In this document: positions 9,301-17,927 of the stretch, piece after piece
Layout of the letters: every line of letters begins with the position of its first letter
Position numbering within the stretch: position 1 is the first letter of the stretch
Source of the DNA: an uncultured Pseudomonadales bacterium
GTDB lineage: Bacteria; Patescibacteriota; Microgenomatia; UBA1400; CAYXSR01
Reading direction: 5' to 3'
DNA: 64,000 nt
Assembly: GCA_964430265.1 (NCBI GenBank)
Contig: CAYSEI010000001.1
Location: 254,987 to 318,986 of the forward strand
Program-made: the position numbers and the translations under genes
The notes under the pieces: generated by a model
Seen by the model: only the letters and a program-made list of their open reading frames with translations
Databases searched by the model: none
Told to the model about the DNA's origin: nothing

Positions 9301-9969
9301 TTATTCTTTTAAGGTATAGCCAAAACCTCTGACAGTGTGGATTAATTGTTTTTCAAAGCCTTCATCTATTTTATCTCTTAAGTAACCAACATATACATCA
9401 ACAATTCTTGTTTCTACATCAGAGTCATAACCCCAGACCCTTTCCAAAATAATATCTCGGGAAAGAACTCTTCCCTTGTTTTGTAAAAGGAATTTCAACA
9501 GTTTAAATTCCTGCGGAGTGAGCTGGATTTCTTTTCCATTTCTGGTAACCTGGATTTTTTCTTCATCCAATTCAAGATCTGCTACAGAGAAAATATTGTT
9601 AACCGTTTGTTTGGCAGTCAGTCTTGCTTTTACTCTTGTAAGCAATTGTCTATTGTCTAAGGGTTTAGTAACAAAATCATTTGCACCGCACTTAAACTTT
9701 TGTACTACACTGTCAACACTTTGTTCTTCAAGAATAAGGATAATGGGAATTTCAGGATAGTCTCTGGTAAATGCCCAACAGGCACTATCACCGGATATTC
9801 CTTTAACATTCCAGGACATTAAAATCAGGTTGGGTGTGTTTTTTTCAATAATATGTAATGCATCACTGGCACTGGAGGTTTTAGCCACTTGATATCCATT
9901 ATCTTGCAGAAGATTTTTAATATAGCGGCGTATATTCTGATCTTTTTCTATAATTAATATTCTTTTCAT
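9301..9969 (-). CDS. OmpR/PhoB-family response regulator with atypical (pseudo) receiver domain
   Basis: Intact wHTH (LTPQEFKLL, VWG, VDVYVGYLRDKID, HTVRGFGY); receiver reads PNLILMSW where PDLILLDW is expected; alternative GTG start at 9996. Confidence 0.93.
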   Translation of the reverse strand: MKRILIIEKDQNIRRYIKNLLQDNGYQVAKTSSASDALHIIEKNTPNLILMSWNVKGISGDSACWAFTRDYPEIPIILILEEQSVDSVVQKFKCGANDFVTKPLDNRQLLTRVKARLTAKQTVNNIFSVADLELDEEKIQVTRNGKEIQLTPQEFKLLKFLLQNKGRVLSRDIILERVWGYDSDVETRIVDVYVGYLRDKIDEGFEKQLIHTVRGFGYTLKE

Positions 9970-10047
9970 CTTTTGCTTACTAGACTTTTCTAACACTCTT
10001 AATTATTTCTCTTATTATACTAAATTACGTTTTTTACAACAATTAAA

Positions 10048-10067
10048 GTTTCTTACATAATTCTTGC
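10048..10067 (+). promoter_or_regulatory. Direct-repeat operator candidate (GTTTCTTACATAATTCTTGC)
   Basis: Between the divergent regulator and baeRF genes; TTCTTAC-N4-TTCTTGC; near-identical to 7532-7551. Confidence 0.65.
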
Positions 10068-10115
10068 AATTTTCACAAACAAGTTTAAATATAAACATAT
10101 ATTCTAATAATTATT

Positions 10116-11273
10116 ATGAGTAAATTTGACAAAATAATTGACAATTTAATAAACAAAGAAGACAACAAAAAAAAGTTTCTTTCTTTGTATTTCCCAATTA
10201 ATGACTATACAAAAAAACAAGCGCAAAAAAGAATTTCTTCGCTAGTTGAAAAAGGGTTTAAAAACAACAAGTCTTTAAATAACTTATCTAATCTTCACAG
10301 TAAAGTTGCTGACAATCTCGCGCAGGAATTTATCAATCTAAAAGCTGTTAATAAGGGTGTAGGTATATTTGCTGAATTTTTTGTAGATACAAAAAACAAA
10401 GGCAAAAAAACGGAGATAGAAGATGTTGAAATAGTAACCTTTGCAAGATCTCCTAAAAAAAAGATCTTTATTGGAAATATTTATGATTTAGACCAGCTTG
10501 TCTGGATCAGCAATCTAGAAATTGATGCATTGGTAATAGATTTGCACAGAAAAAAATGCTTGATATATCTGTTTGAAGAGAATGATTTAGAACTGTTAAC
10601 AAGTATTGAAAATGAATTTATTGATTTTAAAGAACCGGAAACTATGTACAAGCCGCCGATTTTAGCAGACAAGATATTTTACAGTCCCGGATCAAACAAA
10701 GTAGAAAAAGAAAAACAAAAAGAAAACAGATTTTTTTTAAATGCAATATTGGAAGAAATCCAGGAAAACAAACAGTTAAGACAAAAATTTAGATACTTAC
10801 TACTTTTTTATTCAGAAAGATATTCAGAATTTGTTAATGGATTTTCTAAACACAGCGGAATAAAATGTTCATTCAAACCAATAACTATAAAAAAACATCC
10901 CGGATTGCAAAAAAAACATAAGTTTGAAAAAATCGTTTTAAGAAAAATTAGAAAATATCAAAAACAAAAAGCAAAAGAGCTCTTTTCCTTGGCTAAAGAA
11001 GATTATCTGCATTATAAAGAAGGTTGGAAAGATGTTTTAAAAGCGGCAAATAAAGGGAAGATTGAACACCTTTTTATACAGCCTTATGTAAAAAAACAAG
11101 GATATTTTAAAAATGATTTGCTATACTTGAATAAGCAAGATAAAGCAAGAAAAATAAATAATCTTGGACCTTGGTTGGTAAAAAGCGTAATTAAAAAGGG
11201 TGGTAAAATAGTTATTATAAAAAAAGACTGGTTTAAAGAAGTACCAGAAGTTACAGCAAAGTTGAGGTTTTAA
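10116..11273 (+). CDS. Bacterial aeRF1/Pelota-family homologue (baeRF, Balon-like)
   Basis: FLSLYFP, GVGIF, G.IYDLDQL, G.KDVLKAA.KGKIEHLFI, VIKKGGKIVI, C-terminal AKLRF; no GGQ. Confidence 0.8.
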   Translation: MSKFDKIIDNLINKEDNKKKFLSLYFPINDYTKKQAQKRISSLVEKGFKNNKSLNNLSNLHSKVADNLAQEFINLKAVNKGVGIFAEFFVDTKNKGKKTEIEDVEIVTFARSPKKKIFIGNIYDLDQLVWISNLEIDALVIDLHRKKCLIYLFEENDLELLTSIENEFIDFKEPETMYKPPILADKIFYSPGSNKVEKEKQKENRFFLNAILEEIQENKQLRQKFRYLLLFYSERYSEFVNGFSKHSGIKCSFKPITIKKHPGLQKKHKFEKIVLRKIRKYQKQKAKELFSLAKEDYLHYKEGWKDVLKAANKGKIEHLFIQPYVKKQGYFKNDLLYLNKQDKARKINNLGPWLVKSVIKKGGKIVIIKKDWFKEVPEVTAKLRF

Positions 11274-11588
11274 ATGAAAATACAAATACAGCCTGAAGAT
11301 TTTAAACTAGAATCATATATGGAAGATGCAATATATGAAAAACTTGCCCGACCAATAAACAAGCTTTTAAGCGGATTTAACTTTGATCATGACACGTTGC
11401 TTACTACTATTAGAATTGAAAAAGGTCATCTCTGGGGATTTAAGATTAGCTGGAGCATGAACCTACCCAAGAAAAAACATATATATGCTGAATCCAAGGA
11501 TAAGGACTTTGTAAAAGCAACAACCAAGTTAAGAGAAGAAATTGAAAAACAGGTCAGCCGGTATAAAGATAAAGTTCGTAAGCATTAA
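11274..11588 (+). CDS. HPF/RaiA family ribosome hibernation protein (short form)
   Basis: MKIQI....F.L......I.EKL, IYAES...DF..A...L...IEKQV.RYKDK; ATG abuts the upstream stop. Confidence 0.82.
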   Translation: MKIQIQPEDFKLESYMEDAIYEKLARPINKLLSGFNFDHDTLLTTIRIEKGHLWGFKISWSMNLPKKKHIYAESKDKDFVKATTKLREEIEKQVSRYKDKVRKH

Positions 11589-11649
11589 AACCATTAGCTT
11601 AAAAAAGACTAAGCTTGAATTCAATAACTGTTATTTTATATAAATATAT

Positions 11650-12255
11650 ATGGCTTCTAAAAAAGAAAAACTAAAAAAAATACGTGAACAGGTATGGAAT
11701 CTTGAAGAATCTTCTTTATATAAGTACCGCAAGAAAAATAGTTATTATCCTGTACTTGGACAGGGAAATCATGATGCAGACATTATGTTTATTGGAGAAG
11801 CACCTGGAAGAAATGAAGCGGAGTCAGGTATCCCTTTTTGTGGTGCTGCTGGAAAAATATTGGATAAACTTCTGAATTCAGTAGATATAAACAGGGAAGA
11901 TGTATATATTACCAATATTGTTAAAGACCGTCCTCCGGGAAACCGTGATCCCAAGCCGGGAGAAATTGAACTTTACGCCCCTTTTCTAGTCAAGCAGATA
12001 AGAATAATTAAGCCACAGATTATTGCTACATTAGGCAGATTTTCTATGGAATTTGTGATGAAGCTTTTTGGCCTGGAAGATAAACTAGATAAAATAAGCA
12101 GTCTGCACGGAAGGGTTTTTGAGGCCCAAGCCCAATACGGAACTATTAATATAGTACCTCTTTATCATCCGGCAGTGGCAATTTATAATCGGAACCAATT
12201 CCCTACTCTTAAGAGTGACTTTGAGATTTTAATAAATCTTGTGGATCTGGTCTAA
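11650..12255 (+). CDS. Uracil-DNA glycosylase, family 4-like
   Basis: IGEAPG..E..SG.PF.G.AG, YITNIVK.RPP.NRDP, TLGRFS, LYHPA. Confidence 0.93.
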   Translation: MASKKEKLKKIREQVWNLEESSLYKYRKKNSYYPVLGQGNHDADIMFIGEAPGRNEAESGIPFCGAAGKILDKLLNSVDINREDVYITNIVKDRPPGNRDPKPGEIELYAPFLVKQIRIIKPQIIATLGRFSMEFVMKLFGLEDKLDKISSLHGRVFEAQAQYGTINIVPLYHPAVAIYNRNQFPTLKSDFEILINLVDLV

Positions 12256-12373
12256 ATATTTTTTCGCACCTAGATTATATTTAATTTAAATCTACTTGCA
12301 AACTAAGCGAAATTATTTATACTTACAAATTACCTATTGCATCCTGGCCTATAATTTTGTAGAGTTAATATTG

Positions 12374-13741
12374 GTGCCAAAAAAACACTACAAAGCAATC
12401 ATTGTTGGTGCAGGACCTGCCGGATTATTTGCCGCTTACGAATTAGCCCAAAAATCAAACTTTAAAGACGAAATTCTTATTTTAGAAAAAGGGAAAGATC
12501 TTTCGAATAGGAAGAAAAAGGAGACCTTATGTGGTGTAGGCGGTGCAGGTACCTTTTCCGACGGTAAGTTACACTTTACTCCGGTCCTCTCTCACGAAAA
12601 GCTACTGGACATTTTTTCTGTTGAAGAATACCAGGAAAAAATTGATTATGTAGACAAGTTATTTAATGATTTTGGTGTTGATTCTGAATATACACCTCAA
12701 AATTACAAAGAGGCCCAAAATCTTGTTAAGTTTTGTCAGAGGAGTGGTGTGCATTTGTATTTACGCAGATGCAAGCATATTGGAAGCGATAAACTTCCAG
12801 GAATTATGAAGGATTTGGTAAAAAAATTAAGAAAAGAAGGAGTGACAATTAAAACAGAGACCGAGGTTAAAGAAATACTCAAGAAAAGAAACAAAATATC
12901 CGGAATAAAAGCAGAAGATAAGGTTTATACAGCTGACAATTATATTGTTGCTCCGGGAAGAGTGGGTGCCAAATGGCTGCAGGAACAGGCAAGAAAGATT
13001 TTCCTTGCTTACTCTTATCAAAAAGTTGAAATCGGGGTAAGGGTTGAGTTTCCTGCAGGAATTATGGAGGAACATTCAAAAATAATGCATGAGAATATCT
13101 ATTCAGTTCGTACTCCAACATATGATGATATTGTTAGGACATTCTGCCCCTGTCCTAACGGCAGGGTTGCGATAGAAGACTATGGTGAATATGTTTCTGT
13201 AAATGGATACTCGAATTCAAACGGAGATTCCAAAAATTCAAATTTTGATCTAGCCACTGAAGTACAATTAACAGAACCTGTTGAGAATACGACAGATTAT
13301 GCAGTGTCAATTGCTAAAGTAGCTACCACAATTGGAGGCGGTAAGCCTTTGCTGCAAAGGTTGGCGGACTTAAAAGCGGGTAGGCGTAGTACTTGGAAGC
13401 GAATCCACCGTTCCTATGTAATCCCTTCCTTAAAAGAAGTGACACCTGGTGATATTTCCATGGCTCTTCCCCACAGGACCGTGACAAACCTTTTGGAAGG
13501 TTTAAGTATTTTAGACCGTGTTCTTCCTGGTTTGGACAGCGGATCCACCTTGATATATGCACCAGAAGTAAAATTAAGAGGTAATAGGATTAAAATTAAC
13601 AGGAATATGCAAACTGATATTAAAAATCTTTATGTTGCTGGTGACGGCGCTGGTTGTTCGGGAAACATTGTTGGTGCTGCTGTGTCAGGAATTTTTGCTG
13701 CCAAAGGTTTGATTAACAAAGAAAAAAATAAAACAAAATAA
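12374..13741 (+). CDS. FAD-dependent oxidoreductase/dehydrogenase
   Basis: IVGAGPAGLFAA, GGAGTFSDGKL, HIGSD, GVRVE, RTFC.CP.G, YAPEVK, AGDGAG; start inferred (GTG 12374). Confidence 0.88.
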   Translation: MPKKHYKAIIVGAGPAGLFAAYELAQKSNFKDEILILEKGKDLSNRKKKETLCGVGGAGTFSDGKLHFTPVLSHEKLLDIFSVEEYQEKIDYVDKLFNDFGVDSEYTPQNYKEAQNLVKFCQRSGVHLYLRRCKHIGSDKLPGIMKDLVKKLRKEGVTIKTETEVKEILKKRNKISGIKAEDKVYTADNYIVAPGRVGAKWLQEQARKIFLAYSYQKVEIGVRVEFPAGIMEEHSKIMHENIYSVRTPTYDDIVRTFCPCPNGRVAIEDYGEYVSVNGYSNSNGDSKNSNFDLATEVQLTEPVENTTDYAVSIAKVATTIGGGKPLLQRLADLKAGRRSTWKRIHRSYVIPSLKEVTPGDISMALPHRTVTNLLEGLSILDRVLPGLDSGSTLIYAPEVKLRGNRIKINRNMQTDIKNLYVAGDGAGCSGNIVGAAVSGIFAAKGLINKEKNKTK

Positions 13742-13814
13742 AGCAAAAATATAATAAATATTCTTCTCTAAAAGTTGTAAATTTCCTTCATATTGAGTAA
13801 AATATATATTTAAT

Positions 13815-13889
13815 GTCGGCGTAGCTCAGTTCGGATAGAGCAACTGCCTTCTAAGCAGTAGGTCGCGGGTTCAAATCCTGCCGCCGACA
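13815..13889 (+). tRNA. tRNA-Arg(TCT)
   Basis: GTCGGCG/CGCCGAC acceptor, ACTGC-ctTCTaa-GCAGT, GGTTCAAATCC. Confidence 0.95.
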
Positions 13890-13892
13890 CAA

Positions 13893-15275
13893 TTAATAGG
13901 ATTGATATCTTAATTCATATAAGCGAAACATTTTTCTTTTGTTATTAACTTCTCCGATAAACTCTAAACATGAACTGTTAGCTACTTGTGCAAACTCCAA
14001 AAAATCTCTAAGTAAAAATGATGAACCATTAGGAAAAACCCTGCGCAGCATTACATCTTTAAATTCCAATATTTTTTCATGAACAATCTGTTCATAAACA
14101 TATCTCAATATATCTTCCGTGGAAAAATCAGATTTACCAGCTTCTTTGACCATTTTTATTGCAGGTGCTATCAAGTCTTCAACTTGAGGAATTCTTTTGT
14201 TTTGTTTTCCAAGATAAAGGCCTTGTTTTAATCCGCGAAAGAAATATTTCATTAGCATAACAGAAGTGGAAGCATTTACCTCAGGCATTAATGCCAGTTG
14301 TCTTAAGATAGTTTTAAATAGTTCTAACTGAGACAACTCACTTCTAGCATAAGCTTCATACGTTCTAAAAACATCCCTTAAAAAGGGTTGTTTAATGTTT
14401 GGTCCTAATAAATAGCTTGAACCAATTTCAATTTTTGGGCTCTGAGGAGCTTGATCATAACTAAAACAGATAAGATCATCTCTTTTTGTATGAGAATCTA
14501 AATCTCTTAAGTTAGCTGTTCCTCCCATCATTTCAATTCTAACTCCGCATTTGTAAGGATAAAGTCTTGCAACAAAATTATTCTGTGAATTTTGGGCATA
14601 ACCTTCTGGATGAGAAGTGACAATGGATTCAACTATTCTGCATTCTGGTTCTTTAATTGTTTTTAGATATCCTTTAACCAGCCACGGATATTTTTCTCTT
14701 TCTTTATCTGAAATGTCCCAATATCTGTTTTCTTCATTTTCACCGTGTAAAAAACGTTGAAATGTTTCTTTGTCAACAATCCCACCTCTTCTTCCAAACC
14801 AATAAGGACTTGACTTCATTTCAGCAGCACTGCCAAAAGAAGTAGAAATGCCAACTGAATAACCTTCTTGATACTGAGCCTCTACTCTACGGGCAACTTT
14901 TTCGGGTTCACCTCTTGCAAATACTTGTTTTGTAAAAGAAAGATGGGGATAGCACATTGCTATAAGACCAACAATTTCATGCGCTTTACCTTTTTTGGTC
15001 TTTGCACTTAGGCCAAACTGAGGTTTACCATAACATTCAGGATCAATCACTCCTCGGAGAGCCTTTTCTTTTGCTCTTCTTTCCAATGTCTGTATAAAAG
15101 GTAGAAAGCGGTTGTTATCACTGATGTAAATACAATCATTACATCCCTTTGTTTCGCTTGTGCCAAGATAAAAAGGAACTTTACTGCTATATCCAGTATC
15201 ACTATAGTCTATTGCTCGTTCGTATTCAGAAATACATCTGGATAGATGGTTGGGCGCAAGAGTTTCGGCATGCAT
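13893..15275 (-). CDS. Hypothetical protein (460 aa, no recognised family)
   Basis: Long uninterrupted ORF with its own promoter. Confidence 0.85.
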   Translation of the reverse strand: MHAETLAPNHLSRCISEYERAIDYSDTGYSSKVPFYLGTSETKGCNDCIYISDNNRFLPFIQTLERRAKEKALRGVIDPECYGKPQFGLSAKTKKGKAHEIVGLIAMCYPHLSFTKQVFARGEPEKVARRVEAQYQEGYSVGISTSFGSAAEMKSSPYWFGRRGGIVDKETFQRFLHGENEENRYWDISDKEREKYPWLVKGYLKTIKEPECRIVESIVTSHPEGYAQNSQNNFVARLYPYKCGVRIEMMGGTANLRDLDSHTKRDDLICFSYDQAPQSPKIEIGSSYLLGPNIKQPFLRDVFRTYEAYARSELSQLELFKTILRQLALMPEVNASTSVMLMKYFFRGLKQGLYLGKQNKRIPQVEDLIAPAIKMVKEAGKSDFSTEDILRYVYEQIVHEKILEFKDVMLRRVFPNGSSFLLRDFLEFAQVANSSCLEFIGEVNNKRKMFRLYELRYQSY

Positions 15276-15290
15276 AATTAAATTATTGTA

Positions 15291-15319
15291 AATATACCAA
15301 AAATTTACCGAAAATTCAA
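15291..15319 (-). promoter_or_regulatory. Sigma70 promoter with embedded TTCGG-N6-TTTGG box
   Basis: TTGAAT-t-TTCGG-taaatt-TTTGG-TATATT, 17-bp spacer; same layout as the lexA promoter. Confidence 0.7.
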
Positions 15320-16329
15320 TTAGAATTAAGTTTTAACCTACTCAAAATTTTTTCTTTTTTTTGTGCGTTTTTGACAATCTCTGGTTGCGAGTAATCTTTT
15401 ATATAAACGGGAATAAACTCATAATCAACAAGTTGACTTCCATCAAAGTAATATTTGCCAATTACCCCTTCTCTAGTTTTTTCCGACCACATTTGGTCAA
15501 ATATAAAATTACCATGAGCATAAACAATCAACTTATTTTTATATAGCTCATTACTTTGTACTACATGTGGATGGTTACCAATGATTAAATCAGAGCCATT
15601 GTCAATTGCAAGATGTGCAAATTCTTTTTGTTTCCAATTTGGCTCAAAAGCATACTCATTCCCCCAGTGAAAGCTTACAACAGTAATATCCGCACTATTT
15701 TCCGCTTCTTTGATTTGTTCAATAATTTTTTCTTTATTACCAGGGATACCGACTATATTGTATCCCAGAAAAGCAATTTTTGTTCCTTTTATTTCTTTTA
15801 CTAAAAGATTGTTTATTCCTGAATAATCAATACCATTTTTCTCAAGAATATCTATAGTCTCTGCTAGACCCTTTTTACCGTAGTTGTAAATATGGTTGTT
15901 AGCTAAATTGGCAATATCAATCCCCGCATAAGATAATCCCTTAACATTTTCTGCAGCGCCACAAAAAATCATTCCTTCATTTGTAATCGGACAGTTTTTT
16001 ATTAAAGGCCCCTCCAAATTTATCAGGGTCAAATCAGCGCTTTTTAAAAGATCTGCAGTTTTTTCAAAAGGGTAATAAACAGAATTATTTTTCATTTTGA
16101 AATTCACTGTTCTGACTAACCCAACATCTCCAGTAGCAACCAATGTAAACTTTTTGTTTGGGGAAGGAGAAGGATGTGCAAAATTTATACTCTTTTTTAC
16201 AGAGGCTTGTGGAGAGATGATTTCTACCTCTTTATTATTTAAATTTAAAAAAAATTCTGAATTGAAAGAATATACCAAAGCTGCTAAAAAAATTAAAACA
16301 ACAAAAAACACCCAGACTATTTTTTTCAT
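15316..16329 (-). CDS. CapA family metallophosphatase-like protein
   Basis: TM anchor, TGDV, INLEGP, LANNH..NYG, SFHWG.EY, IGNHPHV.Q, GNFIFDQ. Confidence 0.92.
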   Translation of the reverse strand: MKKIVWVFFVVLIFLAALVYSFNSEFFLNLNNKEVEIISPQASVKKSINFAHPSPSPNKKFTLVATGDVGLVRTVNFKMKNNSVYYPFEKTADLLKSADLTLINLEGPLIKNCPITNEGMIFCGAAENVKGLSYAGIDIANLANNHIYNYGKKGLAETIDILEKNGIDYSGINNLLVKEIKGTKIAFLGYNIVGIPGNKEKIIEQIKEAENSADITVVSFHWGNEYAFEPNWKQKEFAHLAIDNGSDLIIGNHPHVVQSNELYKNKLIVYAHGNFIFDQMWSEKTREGVIGKYYFDGSQLVDYEFIPVYIKDYSQPEIVKNAQKKEKILSRLKLNSN

Positions 16330-17909
16330 AATTCTTTCACCATATATGTGCCTTCTTGTTTGTATCCCAGTTTTCTATAATATTCCCGTACGCCTATTCC
16401 AGAGATCACTGCAATTTTATTTATCCCCTTTTCTTTAACAATTTTTTCGGCTTTTTTAATCAGTTTTCTTCCTAAACCTTTATGCTGCGGAGATTGTTTT
16501 TTCCCTGCTTTAATTGGCAGTGCCAGTCCATATGTGTGCAGTTCCCTAATAATTGCTGCATCCTGAAGCTCAGGTATAAAGTGCTTTTCATTCTCTTTTA
16601 TCTGTTCAGTTATGCGTAGCCTTAAAAGTGCATAAAGCTGATTTTTTTTGTTTACGTACTGCAAGAAGTATTCATCCCCACCGCTTGCTGTGTAAGCAGT
16701 TTTTTTGTATTTAATTTTTTCTAAAGGATTGTAATCCTTTCTTATCTCCCTACAGCGTATGCAGTGGCACACTAAATTTTTTTGTTTTAGCCTTTTCTGA
16801 ACTACCTGACGGATATTGGATATTTTGGTTCCAGCGGCAATATTACCTGCTGGAATATCCCTGCCCAACCTATTAATCCTTACCCATTCAGGAATACTCT
16901 TTTCTTTTATATCTGTAATCAGTTTAATCAATTCTTTGTCATTGTACGGTTCAAATTTACCTTGTTTAAACCATTTATAAAGTTCAGCTTGGTAAGTAAC
17001 CACAGTAGGATATATTTTTATCATGTCTGGTTTAAAGCGATTGTCATTAAAAACAGTTTCAAACATTTTTAAATCTCTTTTTAAACTGCTTCCGGGCAGA
17101 TCAGGCATCAAGTGGTAACAAATCTTAAACCCAGACTCCTTAAGCAGCCTGGTTGCTTCCACAGTCTCTTCTACCCCATGTCCCCTATTTACTTTTTGCA
17201 AAACGTCATTGTAGATTGACTGTACACCAATTTCTACCCTTGTTCCGCCCAACTGACGCATTTTTTTAATTGTTTCCGGGTTAATCTCGTCAGGTCTAGT
17301 TTCCAAGGTAACACCAATAATCCTATTTTCAGCTGTCTCATTTATTTTCTTTGCTTCATCTAATGAATCACTTTCTTTTTGGTTGGCTGCATCAAAACAC
17401 CTTTTTAAAAATTCTTTTTGGTAGTTCCAAGGTAAATAGGTAAAGGTTCCGCCCATAACAATCAGCTCAATTTTTTCAACTGAATGTCCTGTTGCCTGCA
17501 GCTGTTTGATTCTTCTTGATACCTGAAGATGGGGATCAAAACCGGCCATGTCAGCCCGCATCACTGCCGGCTCATCATCTAAATAGCTTTTAGGCATGTC
17601 TTTTTGTGTTGGACAGTAAACACAATTGCCAGGACATGGGTAAGGTTTTGTTAATACAGCTATCGGCACAATTCCAGACAAACTCCTAACACTTTTTAGC
17701 CTTAAAAGGGTTTCCATTTGCTGGTTTTCCTCTAAACTTCCTTTATTTACCATTTGACGGTAAACTTTAAGTACTTTGGAGTTTTTAGGCATGTACCCTG
17801 TTTTTTTGGCAAGTTCACGCTTATAACTCTCTAGATTTTTCTGGGTATATTTGTCTTTTTTGATAAACTCAGAAATTAATTGTTTTAGTAATTTATTGTT
17901 TTGGTTCAT
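16326..17909 (-). CDS. elp3: Elp3 tRNA uridine(34) carboxymethyltransferase (radical SAM + KAT)
   Basis: RSLSGI, KPYPCPGNCVYCP, PKSY..EP, MGGTF, ETRPD, KIYPT, CHCIRCRE, RELHTYG, QHKGLG, ISGIGVREYYRKLGY; alternative start 17924. Confidence 0.95.
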   Translation of the reverse strand: MNQNNKLLKQLISEFIKKDKYTQKNLESYKRELAKKTGYMPKNSKVLKVYRQMVNKGSLEENQQMETLLRLKSVRSLSGIVPIAVLTKPYPCPGNCVYCPTQKDMPKSYLDDEPAVMRADMAGFDPHLQVSRRIKQLQATGHSVEKIELIVMGGTFTYLPWNYQKEFLKRCFDAANQKESDSLDEAKKINETAENRIIGVTLETRPDEINPETIKKMRQLGGTRVEIGVQSIYNDVLQKVNRGHGVEETVEATRLLKESGFKICYHLMPDLPGSSLKRDLKMFETVFNDNRFKPDMIKIYPTVVTYQAELYKWFKQGKFEPYNDKELIKLITDIKEKSIPEWVRINRLGRDIPAGNIAAGTKISNIRQVVQKRLKQKNLVCHCIRCREIRKDYNPLEKIKYKKTAYTASGGDEYFLQYVNKKNQLYALLRLRITEQIKENEKHFIPELQDAAIIRELHTYGLALPIKAGKKQSPQHKGLGRKLIKKAEKIVKEKGINKIAVISGIGVREYYRKLGYKQEGTYMVKEL

Positions 17910-17927
17910 TTTTGATAAAATCATAAT

